A DNA stretch of 64,000 nucleotides from Leptogorgia sarmentosa. Its lineage: Eukaryota. The stretch covers positions 8,184,001 to 8,248,000 of the forward strand of contig OZ210884.1 of assembly GCA_964658305.1 (NCBI GenBank). The letters are read 5' to 3'. Both the position numbers and the translations under genes were made by a program. Shown here one piece after another: positions 36,001 to 49,299 of the stretch (within the stretch, counting starts at the first letter, position 1; each line of letters starts with the position of its first letter). The notes under the pieces were generated by a model. The model was not told where the DNA came from. It worked only from the letters and a program-made list of their open reading frames with translations, and ran no database searches.

Positions 36001-38369
36001 ACACATCAAATCACTTGTAAATTTCTCGCCTTTTTTAAGTAATGTAAATGGCTTGAAATCCTGTTTTTCACTCCAACTAGCTTTAATCTTATATAGGAGC
36101 AATACTCTTTATAGCTTTGGCAGATACATATCTTAGGCTGCTGCTATGTTCAATGTCTTCAAACTGTTTTAATAACATGCAGAAATGCACGGGATAATCA
36201 CCACAAAGCGTACAACTATCTTACGTTTAGTTTTCTCATCTGCATTACATTTCTTGCACAGAGCTCTGGAAAGAATACATTAAAATTATGTTCATCAATA
36301 AAAGTAAATACTGTCAATTCTTTGTTTGCAATCAGCCAAATAACGGCAATTAACAACCTGTGCACAATTTTTCTTAGTATCTGAGTGGTTGTAGCGACAT
36401 TATGTGGACGGTACCACATCATCTATGGCTTTTAACTCAGTCGAAAAATGCGACTTTTGTCATACTTACCTATCAACGAAATATTTGCCATCGCAAACAG
36501 CCAACGCACGTTTAGCATATCATATTTTCACAGATGGGTAACCCTACATTGAGCTCAATCATAAAGCCTGTTTTCCATTTAGGCCTATTTGACAAAGCAT
36601 TTCACATTTTTATCTTCGTTCGCTGCTGAAGAATTTTTTTCTGACTCTCTATAGTTGCCTCCAATTTCAAAAATCTCTCTTAGACCTTTCGCTGACGGCA
36701 CGAAAGAAAACGCTTTAAAATTCTCAGTAGCGAAATTTTTCTCCAGCGGCGGCGAAATACGGGAGTGGCAAACGGCCTTGAAGGACGTAATGATTAATTA
36801 CAATGTCTTACCGTCCGGCATTTTTAATGAAGCCACTTTCAGCAAGGCCGTCGTTACAAATTTCACAGCGAAAACACTCAGGATGCCAACTGGCCTGCAT
36901 AGCACGAATCACACGGCCAATGATAAACTCGCCTAAAAATATCAGGTGTTGGTAAAGAGGTTTAATGATTATAATTTTGTTCATCAACATGTTCCATCAT
37001 ATAAACTCACCACATTCCTTGCAGCATGGAGCAAATAGTGTTTGAAAATCATGCTCACAATATCTGCGCCCATCAAACTGAAAATTAAAACAAAAAATTT
37101 TAATGCAGTCACAAACCAAATTTAGGCGTATTTGTTTTTTTACCAGATGGCAAATAATAATAATAATAAATTACCAAATAATCTGGTGAAAAAGAAGTGG
37201 GTGAATTGAATAAGTGGTGTGAGATATGGATAATTTCCATACTATACCTCATAGAACAATCCATCTGGGAATGGTTGAAAACATTGAACACAACTAAAAA
37301 TATGTTAAATTTGATATTACTAGAAAGTTACTGAAATTGTCACCTAAAATCATTACTCAGTCGCATAATTAGCATTAGAGCTTGGATTGGAAAATATGTT
37401 AGATTATTTCATAGTATAAATTTGGTTGTTCGGTCGATGATCTGATCACTGATCATATGGTCAGTGATAGGATGATCTGATTGCTGATTATTGATCATCG
37501 GATGATCTGATTACTATATGGTCAGTGATAGGAAGATCTGATTACTGATTATTGATTACTGATTATTGATCACTGATTATTTATTGCAGATCATTGGATG
37601 ATCTTATTACTATATGGTCAGTGATAGGATGATCTGATTACTGATTGCAGATCATTGGATGATCTGATTACTATATGGTCAGTGATAGGATGCTGTGATC
37701 ACTGATTATTGATTACTGATCATAGGATCATTAGGATGATCTTATTACTGATTATTGATTACTGATCTAGAATGAGCTTATTACTATATGGTCAGCGATA
37801 GGATGATCTGATTACTGATTATTGATCATAGGTATCTTGAAGGTATCTTTACTTCTTTGAATGTATTTGATACTTTATGTAGAGTATATGATACAAATTG
37901 TTTCTGGGTAATCATTCCATCTTGATTTGTGTTAAATGTTTAGGGTGCCCAGACCAGATCACGATCATTACTACAACAATTGTACTGTAGAAGTGATATA
38001 ATGACAATCTAGTCTGAATTCCTGCTGCTACACTAGCAATTCAACGTACTAGCCAGTACATGAAAGTTTGATATTTTGGACAAACATAAAACTATTTTCT
38101 AATGTAAAGCGCTTTTCGTTAAATTAACATCCTTATATATCCAATTGTGTCAATTGAACTGAGATTTCGTGGCCAAATTAGCAATACCGAACGACAGATT
38201 TTGTTAATAACGAGGTGTGCCACCATACATACATGAAACATCTTTCATGTAAAATTTGTCCATTTGAATTGACCATTCTTTCTTCAGCGGCGAATCCATC
38301 TTCACATAAAGTACAAACGGCGCCAGTTAAGCCTTTATTTAGCTCTGCCGTGTCATTTGGGATCGGCAT
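33045..38369 (-). CDS. LIMS1: PINCH / LIM and senescent cell antigen-like protein (5 LIM domains)
   Basis: 13 phase-consistent exons: 38369-38233, 37293-37248, 37077-37011, 36932-36812, 36265-36225, 35991-35961, 35632-35552, 35210-35115, 34931-34877, 34617-34525, 34355-34304, 33712-33637, 33204-33045. Diagnostic sequences [90 protein letters not shown]. Confidence 0.96.
33716..33992. repeat. 68-bp tandem repeat x4 at the 3' end of a PINCH intron
   Basis: Near-identical units taaaatcaaacagtatacataaaattgcactacagtactcccatgctatgcgcatgcactgttcacgg. Confidence 0.92.
37430..37830. repeat. Low-complexity GATC/TGATTAC-rich minisatellite in PINCH intron 1
   Basis: Recurring atatggtcagtgataggatgatctgattactgattattgat units. 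Confidence 0.8.
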
Positions 38370-38785
38370 TCTGGTGAAAAGTTTGCGGCAATTATTGCCA
38401 CAACCCAACACGATAAAAACTTGGTATTTATCAAAACACTACTCAAAGGAGATTCCGGAAATGACGGGTGTTGGCGGCTGTGATGAAAATCACATTCCTT
38501 AAAATTTAAATAACGAATATGATTTTTTCAAAATATTTGTACCATGTACGATATATACATCTTAATTTGTTTCAAAACGATCCTGAGTATTACTATTGGG
38601 AAACATTAACATCCAAAGCGAAATGATGATACAATGAACGAACTATCGATTTTTTATCGGTGTTTCATTGGCCACCATTCAAGGAAATTTTTAAGGAAAA
38701 TCATAAGGAAGCTAGAATGAAGAATTGTAACGATTTGGATTTTGGAACTGGAACTTGGAAGAGAACATGGTAGTCTGGTATTTGC

Positions 38786-38866
38786 CTACCTCGTACCCAG
38801 GTCTTGATTGATCCTCGCTCATCGCCTAAGCGATGAGCGAGGACGAAGACCCTGGGTACGAGGTTG
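38786..38866. mobile_element. 81-bp MITE with 9-bp TSD (Mutator-like)
   Basis: ctacctcgtacccagg...cctgggtacgaggttg. Perfect TSD GGTATTTGC at 38777-38785 and 38867-38875. Confidence 0.8.
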
Positions 38867-39645
38867 GGTATTTGCTTCTGGTATTTGGTTGATGGTGGTT
38901 TGCATTGAAAAATTGAGCACTATAACCAGTAACAGGTAGAGAAAAGTGTTTGGGTATAGTATATTATAGCTTTTGGTCTATCTATACCTATCTATTTAAA
39001 TAGGATATAGCAAGAGGTTTCCAAAAGCAAAGACAATATTCAGTAGGTACATGGACCTCACTTTTGGAAACTATATGTAGCCACAACTAGCTACGCCAAT
39101 ATTTATGTACTTACAGAATTCTTTATGTTTTATAGTGGATTTCATCAAATTTTTCACTCACTAAACAATAATTACACAATTTGCTCTTCTGAGCACAACA
39201 ACTGAAAGAATTCATGCACATAATTACAAATTCCAACCACTCTGTGACCATCAATTTATGACTATTTTGTAACCAAAATTAATGTATCAGTTGACTCTCA
39301 AATTAATGTGTCTCATGAGTGGTGCTACAGTTTATACTACACTTAGGAAAAGCCACTCCATAATTAAGACAGTATGGCCATTTATGTACAGTAACAAAGT
39401 CAAACATATAAATTAAAAAACATTGAATTCCTCAACAATACGCTAACCCATGGTGAAAACAACCACGTAAAATGCAGCCCGATATTGAAAACCCAAAATT
39501 ATTGCCTACTGATGTGAACTGAAACAATGAGATGAATTTTTAAAAAATGAAAGCATTTTGCAACATTTAGCCTTTCATCATGTTAAAAGAAGTCTGGAAA
39601 CTGTGAATGGTACGTCAATCGTCTTTCCTGACCCAGTAAAAGAAC

Positions 39646-39821
39646 ATATCGTCAGCTGAGGATTAACAAGGTCTATCTACATTCTGAGTAGTTGGGAGAA
39701 GATCACTTCTGAACTTTCCAAAATCTCAACCACAGTTGTATACTAAAATTTATATTAAAAGTGATCTTCTCCCAACTACTCAGAATGCAGATAGACCTTG
39801 TTAATCCTCAGCTGACGATAT
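39646..39821. repeat. Long near-perfect inverted repeat (~63-bp arms, ~50-bp loop)
   Basis: atatcgtcagctgaggattaacaaggtctatctacattctgagtagttgggagaagatcactt pairs with 39759-39821 with one mismatch. Confidence 0.9.
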
Positions 39822-40173
39822 ATTGCACACATGATAAAATGGAAAACTGATTCTATTATCTCTCCACAGCACCACTCAAACCATTAATGAGATGGATATT
39901 GAATCTCTCTGAAAAGAGAACTAAAATTCGCGACTTCTTCACCAGGGGGCGGTTGCATAAAAACGAAGTTCAAGTTAGCTATAGTTATAGTGTAAAGGTT
40001 AACCAATCAGAAACGTGTATTTCAAAGTTAAAGCTACAACGTAACTATACGAATTAAAACTTAGTTAAGAATTTTATACAACTGGCCCCTACTGTAAAAT
40101 CAAATATTAATAGTCAATCTATTTTTTGGTGCAAATGTAGAACTTTACATGAACTTTCATTTGTTCCAGGACG

Positions 40174-41541
40174 ATGGTTTTAGTTGGAGCAGTAATTCTT
40201 CCTCATGGCACAATGTCATTTGATGGACAGGGCTCTGAAAGTTCGCTGCAGTCATGTCGTGCAAGATATGAAGGTCTGCCAAAGGACTTGCAGGTACGAT
40301 TTATTTTCATGTGATATGGAACATGATCAAGAATCATTCATTCAGTTATGCTAAAACTGTTACCTTAAGAAAAAAATCAATTTTCGAAAGACATTGATTT
40401 AAACTGCATGAAAGGCTAAAATTTAAAAAATTAGAGTTTTTTAGAGCTTTACCTGAAAATTTAGAGTTGATCCCCAATTGCAAATCGAATACATTTATGT
40501 GATGTCACAGAACCCGAAGACTATGTAACGAGTACAAAATGCCCGATCGCAGTGAATCAGTCATTTGGTCATGAAATGAGCGGGGATATAGGTAGTGGTG
40601 TGGATGAAAATTATGTGTGTGATAAATACGGTGTATGAATGCTTTGTCCTGACTTACAGGTGCAACTATCTGGTTTGTTTCATGCTACAACAAACGCCTG
40701 TCAGAAAATTGCCAAACTCAAGCCAGACATTGTCATATTACACACGCCACATGGAATATCATTATCAAAGAGTGTTGGTGTATACATGAACAGCAAAGCG
40801 AAAGGAAACGCGCTTTGGAATGAGAAATGGGATGAATTTCAAGTGGAAATACCCTTGGATAATGAATTAGCGTTGAAACTAATTGATCATTTTGAAGAGG
40901 AAGGAATTGATGTCCAAGGCGTGAATTCGTTTTCCGGTAGAGAAGTACCGCTGAGGTGGGGAGAGGTCGTTCCCGTGTGGTACTTGGAACAACAGTTTAA
41001 AAAGTTAACTCAACAACCAAAGTATGTCATTCTAAGCCAGTCCATGAAGAGAGGTGATCTTAGCAACGATAAGATGGCGATTGGAAAATCGCTAGCAAAA
41101 TTTGTGGACAAAGTTGATGCTAGAGTTGTTGTTGCTGTGAGTGGTGATCTGTCTCATACCCATGCCCACGGTCACGCTGACATTCCACTCTATCTACCTG
41201 ACCCCCGCAGGAGTATCCCCCAGTCCCGTAAAGCTGCAGTCTTTGACCGAGCTATCGAAGGATGGGCAAGCAGCTGTGATGTGAATCTCATTGAATCCAA
41301 CAAACCGCTCCCACAATGTGAGGAAGCGAGAATATGGGATAAGAAGATGGCTCCAGCATGGTTAGATCAGGCTATTGAATTGCAGCCTGAAGCCTTGTCT
41401 TGTGGAATTGGTGGATTTATTGTCGTACATGCGATCCTGTCTGACTCTGATAAGGAAATTCACAGCCAAGTATTTGGACGATTTGCGCCGACATACTATG
41501 GAATGATTGCCGTAGCCTTTTCGCCATATGTTAGACATTAA
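40174..41541 (+). CDS. LigB-like class III extradiol dioxygenase / Memo-fold protein (333 aa)
   Basis: Exons 40174-40293 and 40660-41541. Motifs GAVILPHG, KPDIVILHTPHG, LRWGEVVP, VVAVSGDLSH, SCG, PTYYGM. Confidence 0.85.
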
Positions 41542-42949
41542 ACGATTTCTCCAATGAAAGAAACAATTGTTTAATCAAACTAGTTTTCCAAACAAACTGA
41601 AATAATCTTAGACTATTTTAAATTTGGTCAATTTATTATCGTAATCGCATGCATCTTTAACGTTAACATGATGGGCAACATTTTTTCAACAGAATTGTGT
41701 ACTAATTATGAAGTTTATCAATATACTGTAGTAGTTGAAATGCTATTCGGCCGCATATATGTACTTCGTTGTTCGAGCAAGCATACAAGCCAGAATTTCC
41801 CAAGCATACAAAAACTTGGTTTGCGAGGCTGCTTTTGTTGCACTGTTCGTAAATCGAAATTGAGCAACTATTAAAAATTGTGCGCATTTATATCTTTATA
41901 AGGAGAGTAAAAATGATAAACTCAGGTCTTGCCAAAGTTATGTGTCTGTTACAAAATGCTTCAACTCTTTATAGTAGTATCAGTGGCTCAAACTGGAACA
42001 GGAAACAGTTCCTTTGTCCATATCCGATCCGATCACATACTCGTATTATGAATAAAAACCAGCCAAATGAGCAATTTTAAAACAAAGAGCAAATTGGGAA
42101 TTGAACCCAATAACCACAAATGATGTGGTTCCAAATCTTGGTCACTCTTTTTTTGTTTTTTTTGTCTGTTGAGATGTCAATTTGTTTTTTAATATTGCCA
42201 AAAACCATCTCACAGACATTGTGTCCAAAGTGAAAAAAATTACATGAGGGAAACCGGAGCGCCCGGAGAAAAACCCTCAAACGACAGCTACCTCGATGGA
42301 CCTCATGAATAAAACAAACAATTCCAAATAATTCTGTGAAATTTGCAAATTTTGTACAACTTTTTGAATTATACGACGCATGTAAAATTGATACCACTAA
42401 CGAGAACAGGGCATCGCGTGCGTGATATTAAAATATGCAAAATTTGCAGACTCCACAGGGTTTTATTTCTTCACATTTTACCATAACCAAAGTTCCAAAT
42501 GCTTCTTTAAACTGTTGTAATAAATTGTACTATTGTGATTTTTTAAATGTTGTCTATCATGCAATCGGTCCATCGAGATAGCTGTCTACTGAAATGAATA
42601 CATTTAGAAGGCAATTTTACTTTTTACTTATTTTACTCATTTAATTATTATATTTTTACATCAGCAAAGCTATTAATAACTTACAAATTTAATTTGTTAC
42701 GTTGTAATTCTACTACACGAAACCTTCTAAATGGATTCATTTCAGTCTGTTTTTGCATCTGTTTAGGGAATTTTCATTGGAAAAAGTGAATAACCCTTAC
42801 AGATACAAAAAGAAAGTCGGAACAAGGCGAAAAGAAATACAAGTATTTTAGACTTTGCATTTCTTTACAATTCATTTCTAACAAGGCACAATGTGCTCGC
42901 ATAGTGCACTCAGTGGCGTAGCGTATCATATTTTACAGACAAATAAAAT

Positions 42950-43803
42950 ACTAGCACACTAGTTTATTTTACACCAGACAGAACAATTAGACCTGCTCGT
43001 GTTAAACTAGGTACACACTAGTTTATTTTACACCAGACAGAATAGGGGCCCACCATGTCGCGTGTCACTCAATTTTTAGCTGCTTTGTCGCTTGCATCAG
43101 TCCAGTAATTATGTCTATGTTGCTTTCAAGTTATAAAAAAAATGTCGCTTTCATTTGTTTAGGTAGCATATACACAGTACCAGTTTTACATATTAAGTTT
43201 AATAATTGCTCTTATATAAGTATAATAAGTGCTGCTTTCACCATGTAAGTGTGGAGTGGGTGTTGGTAACTTGGTCCACTGGTTGACCCAAGCTAAAATT
43301 TGCTAAATTACGTTGTTTTGTTTGTCGCCGTCGTAAAGCATGGTAAAATAGTCTGTCGCTGTCTTAATTATTGGTAGTTATGTCGTTGTGGGAATGTGTC
43401 GCTTGTCGGTCTTCACCCCTTGGTGGGCCCCAGAATAATTAGACCTGCTCGTGTTAAACTAGGTACACACTAGTTTATTTTACACCAGACAGAATAATTA
43501 GACCTGCTCGTGTTAAACTAGCTACACGCTAGTTTATTTTACACCAGACAGAATAATTAGACCTGCTCGTGTTAAACTAGCTACACGCTAGTTTATTTTA
43601 CACCAGACAGAATAATTAGACCTGCTCGTGTTAAACTAGGAACATAGTTTATTTTACACCAGACAGAATAATTAGACCTGCTCGTGTTAAACTAGGTACG
43701 CACTAGTTTATTTTACACCAGACAGAATAACTAGACCTGCTCGTGTTAAACTAGATACACAATAGTTTATTTTACACCAGACAGAATAATTAGACCCACT
43801 CGT
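42950..43803. repeat. 59-bp satellite (~8 copies) interrupted by a transposon
   Basis: Unit tagtttattttacaccagacagaataattagacctgctcgtgttaaactaggtacacac. Confidence 0.92.
43045..43431. mobile_element. 387-bp non-autonomous DNA transposon
   Basis: Perfect 11-bp TIR GGGGCCCACCA / TGGTGGGCCCC. TSD AGAATA at 43039-43044 and 43432-43437; the empty site is visible in neighbouring satellite units. Internal repeated TGTCG(C) motifs. Confidence 0.85.
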
Positions 43804-45199
43804 GAAAGATTTGAGAGTTTTTTCTTCTGCAGGAATTGAGTTTTTTGTGCTGCAGGAACGTTTTCTACGCGTCTACCGACTCAGTCTCTTCATTTTCTGT
43901 TGCATTCAAATCTCTGAACCTTCTAATTTGTACACATTCTTAATTAATTTTATTTGATTGCTAAAATTCCTACTTCGACAGTATTTTCGTATGAAGCATT
44001 AGAAAACAAATAGAATGAGGTATGGAATATTAGGTTGCTTGTGTACGCCATCGGCCTTTTCGACGTCATTGATTGTTTTGGGATTAAAGAACAAATATGA
44101 GAAAAAGCGAGGGCGTTTTTAGGTTATGTTCAGCCGCCACATTTGGATATAAGGCAGGGGCGGGGGTGGGTGGGTGTTGATGTAAGTCGCAGGATATTCC
44201 CATATCCATTGGGTTTCTTGTGGCATCATGGTAAAATCATTCGTACAATTTTTGTCAGGAAGAGGAGAATATCGAACTTTCTATACTAGCCAAGCTCAAC
44301 GATGATGCCGATGCTATCCATGACTGATGACTAACAGGTGATGATTTATTTCAAAATTACCATCATCCAGAATAGCAATAGCAAAAGAAACTTTAAATTA
44401 AATTAAAGGAAGATCACTAATGCGAATTGGAACTTGAAAGATCGTATCACATCGCGAAGTTCTCCAATTAATCCTGGTAGCAAAGCAACTTCACTAGATG
44501 GTAATCTAGTATCATTTGAGATGGTGATTTCTAATCCTGGTAGTGCACGGAACTATTTCCTCCCATTAATTATATTTAACCTCACAATAAATCATTTCCT
44601 CCATATTCACATCTCTCCAATGTTTTTCGACAGGCTTTCCTTGCCTGACACGTGTTTTGAATAAAAGACTCAATTACGTCATCATGTGGTACCTGTTTGA
44701 TGTCAACGGAATATGATTCATACAGCATAGATAATTTCAGTTTGGCGTAATAATGAATGGGATGATAATTAGGTTAACCATTGATGTTACTGGCACTTTA
44801 GCTTCAAAGCCACTTTCATCCTGAATATTAATAGAGACTTGGCTGATCCAATTAGAGCTAGTATGACTTATACCAAAGTTGATTGAATCCTGTAAACATT
44901 GTCACTTGTGTAATCTTTCTTTGGAGTAAAGAATGGGATAGAAAATAGATATTGAAGTGATAACTTCATTTTTTTATCATTGGAAAAGGCAAAGAGTAGA
45001 TGCAGGAGATAGACATGGCATGATGACAAATGAGCGAATCTTTCTTTCACGACTGGTAACAAGAACTTCAACCTTGATATTAAATTAACAAGTTCCCCGA
45101 TTAATCCTGGTTACACAGCAACATTACTACCAGTAATCTTTGTTAACCTTACAATAAATCATTTCCAATGTCTTTCGTTTGACATTTCTTGCCTGAGAT

Positions 45200-45600
45200 G
45201 TAGGTGGTGGAACCCACTTCGCAAATTCAAATTCACCAATTGCTACATAGTCAGATACCAAGATTAGAAAGAGGTACGCCAAACACAGAAGAAACGAGGC
45301 AATAGATAATCACCAAGCCAAAACACGGACCAAGCCAATAAAAACTAAGCAATCCCAAACAACGACCCTACAAACGCAAACATCCGCGAACAAACAACCA
45401 AACCCAAATATTCACCCTATCAACTCCCACCACCCAAACTCAAACTGCCCAAAGAATCCCAACCAACCCACAACATTCATCCTCCAAAACCCCCAATAAA
45501 AACCAGCCTAAACTATTTACCCAACCAATCCCCCACCCCCAAACCCCTAATTTTTAGTCCTCCCAAACCCCGCCCCCAACCCCCCGATAAAAACCAAAGA
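45200..45600. repeat. C/A-rich insert, short copy
   Basis: Homologous to 58950-59350; strong C-over-G skew. Confidence 0.85.
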
Positions 45601-46358
45601 ATAGGCAGAATATTAAAGAGACTTGCCTGATCCAAACATTGTCACTTATCATTCCTTGAAGTAATAAATGGGACGGGAAAGAGACATCGAAGGTGATAAA
45701 AAAATTCACTTATCTTTGTTCAACTTAGATACATAAGGAAGAGATATATGGCATGATAAAAAATGGCCATATCTGGCTATAGTTGCTAGGATTTCTAAGG
45801 AAGGGGTATGTTACCCAACTGGTAACTGGAACTGGAAATATTGTATAAATTGCGAAGATCTCCAATTAATCCTGTTAGCAAAGCAACATGACTGGATGGT
45901 AATCTGGTATCATATGAGATGATTTCTAATCCTGGTAGTACACGGAACTATTTCCTCCCATTAATCATAAGTAACCTTACAATAAGTCATTTCCTCCATA
46001 TTCACATCTCTCCAATGTTTTTAGATTGCATTTCCTTGCCTGACATGTATTTTATATACTCCAATTTTGGGAAGTATAAGGAACGGATATGACGATTCCC
46101 TATCTATTCACAACTCATTAACCAATAGGAGTCGTTGAATTATTCTCAGGAATTGATAACAATGAAATGTGAATCCCACCAGAATAGATGATAGATAATT
46201 TCAGCTTAGCATACATAATCAATGGCATCATATTAAGTCAATCATTGATATTACTGGCGCTTTTTCCTTCAAAACTATCTTCACCCCGAATATATTAAAA
46301 GAAGATTCCCTGGTCCAACCTTGACTAGTGCGACTTATACCAAAGTTCATACGTTCCT

Positions 46359-48050
46359 GTAAACATTGTCACTTGTGTAATCTTTCTTTGGAGCAATATA
46401 TCGGATGGAAAAGAGACATTGAAGGTGATAAAAAATCAACATAAGGAGTAGATACCTCGGGAAGAGATGGCATGATAACAAATAACCCTATCTTGCTATA
46501 GTTAAACAGTTTTCTAACGAAGTAAGTAGTGATCCTGTAATGTCACTTGTCCAATCTTTCTTTGAAGCAATATATCGGATGGAAAAGAGACATCGAAGGT
46601 GATAAAAAATCAACATAAGGAGTAGATACCTCAGGAAGAGATGGCATGATAACAAATAACCCAATCTTGCTATAGTTACCGAGTTTTCTAACGAAGTAAG
46701 TAGTAATCCTGTAAACATTGTCACTTGTCCAATCTTTCTTTGGAGCAATATATCGGATGGAAAAGAGACATTGAAGGTGATAGAAAATTAACATAACGAG
46801 TAGATACCTCAGGAAGAGCTGGCATGATAACAAATAACCCAATCTTGCTATAGTTACCGAGTTTTCTAACGAAGTAGGAAGTAATCCTGTAAACATTGTC
46901 ACTTGTCCAATCTTTCTTTGGAGCAATATATCGGATGGAAAAGAGACATCGAAGGTGATAAAAAAATCAACATAAGGAGTAGATACCTCAGGAAGAGATG
47001 GCATGATAACAAATAACACTATCTTGCTATAGCTACAGAGTTTTCTAACGAAGTAAGTAGTAATCCTGTAAAACATTGTCACTTGTCCAATCTTTCTTTG
47101 GAGCAATATATCGGATGGAAAAGAAACATCGAAGGTGATAAAAAAACCAACATAAGGAGTAGATACATCAGGAAGAGTTGGCATGATAACAAATAACCCA
47201 ATCTTGCTATAGTTACCGAGGTTTCTAATGAAGTAAGTAGTAATCCTGTAAACATTGTCACTTGTCGAATCTTTCTATGGAGCAATATATCGGATGGAAA
47301 AGAGACATCGAAGGTGATAAGAAATCAACATAAGGAGTAGATACCTCAGGAAGAGATGGCATGATAACAAATAACACTATCTTGCTATAGTTACAGAGTT
47401 TTCTAACGAAGTAAGTAGTAATCCTGTAAAACATTGTCACTTGTCCAATCTTTCTTTGGAGCAATAATTTTATATCGGATGGAAAAGAGACATCGAAGGT
47501 GATTAGAAATCAACATAAGGAGTAGATACATCAGGAAGAGTTGGCATGATAACAAATAACCCAATCTTGCTATAGTTACCGAGTTTTCTAACGAAGTAAG
47601 TAGTAATCCTGTAAACATTGTCACTTGTGTAATCTTTCTTTGGAGTAAAGAATTGCATGGAAAGTAGATATCGAAGGTGATAAAAAATCAACATAAGGAG
47701 TAGATACCTCAGGAAGGGATGGCATGATAACAAATAACCCAATCTTGCTATAGTTACAGAGTTTTCTAACGAAGTAAGTAGTAATCCTGTAAACATTGTC
47801 ACTTGTCCAATCTTTCTTTGGAGCAATATATCGGATGGAAAAGAGACATCGAAGGTGATATAAAAAATCAACATAAGGAGTAGATACCTCACGAAGAGAT
47901 GGCATGATAACAAATAACCCTATCTTGCTATAGTCATCGAGTTTTCTAACGAAGTAAGTTGCAATCCTGTAAACATTTTCACTTGTTCAATCTTTCTTTG
48001 GAGTAAACAATTGCATGGAAGAGAGATAGATCGAGGGTGATAAAAAAATT
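46359..48050. repeat. ~178-bp monomer array, block 1
   Basis: Monomer starts at ~46359, 46537, 46711, 46889, 47068, 47248, 47426, 47611, 47789, 47969. Confidence 0.93.
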
Positions 48051-49299
48051 CACTTATCGTTGTTCAACTTAAAGAGTAGATATATAAGGAAGAGATGACA
48101 TGATTACAAATGGCCGTATCTGGTTATAGTTGCTAGGATTTCTCAGGAAGGGGTATGTTAATACCATTATTAGCTCACTTTCCCTACTGGCAACAGGAAC
48201 TCGAAATATCGTATCAATTGCGAAGATCTTCAATTAATTTCCTGGTACCACAGCAACATGATTGGATAGTAATCTGTTATCATATGAGATGATGATTACT
48301 AATCCTGGTAGTGCAGGGAACTATTTACTCCCATAAATTATGTAACCTTACAATAAGTCATTTCCTCCATATTCACATCTCTCCAATGTTTTTCGACTGC
48401 ATTTCCTTGCCTGACATGTGTCTTATGTCCTCCAATTTTGGGAAGCAAAAGGAACGAATATGACGATTTTTTATCTTTTCATAACTCATTAACCAATCAG
48501 AATCGTTGATTTATTCTCAGGAATTGATAACAATGAAATGTGATTCCTACCATCATAGATAATTTCAGTTTAGAATATATAATCAATGGCATCATATTAA
48601 GGTCAATCATTGATGTTACTCCTTTTTCCTTCAAAACTATCTTCCCCAAGAATATATTAAGAGAAACTCGCCTGGTCCAGTTATGCAACTTTGACTAGTG
48701 CGACTTATACAAAAGTTCATAGGATCCTGTAAACATTGTCACTTGTGTAATCATTCTTTGGAGTAAAGAACTGCATGGAAAAGAGACATCGAAGGAGATG
48801 AAAAATTCAACATAAGGAGTAGATGCATCAGGAAGAGATTACTTGACAAGAAATAACCCTATCTTGCTACAGTTACGGAGTTTTCTAAGGAAGGGGTAAG
48901 TTAATATCATTATTACTGGTTAAACTTGCACTACTGCAAACTGGAACTCGAATCACCGCATCACATTGCGAAAATCTCCAATTAATCCAAAGCAACATGA
49001 CTGGATGGTAATATGGCATCATATGAGATCATGGAGATGATTTCTAATCCTGGTAGTGCAGTGAGTGCACGGAACTATTTCCTCCCATTAATCATATGTA
49101 ACCTCACAATAAATCATTTCCGCCATGTTCAATTCTCTCCAATGTGTTTCTGCTGGCTTTCCTTGCCTGACATGTGTTTTAAATAAAGGACTCAATTACG
49201 CGTCATCAAGTGGTACCTGTTTTGGTGATGTCAACGGAATATGAGTCATAAAGCAAACATAATTTCAGTTTGCCGCAATAATGAATGGAATGATAATTT

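Noticed and set aside
42950..43803. CRISPR-like look of regular repeats (also the shared core in 44430-64000)
   Set aside because: No unique spacers, no cas genes, and a spliceosomal-intron context.
44430..45200. Reading the satellite with TGA=Trp as a mitochondrial-plasmid insertion
   Set aside because: TAA and TAG stops remain in the same frames and no mitochondrial or polB motifs are recognisable.
46488..47913. ORFs up to 213 aa in the 178-bp array (also 62134-62935)
   Set aside because: Produced by frame cycling through a 178-bp monomer; copies differ by frameshifting indels and no domain is recognisable.
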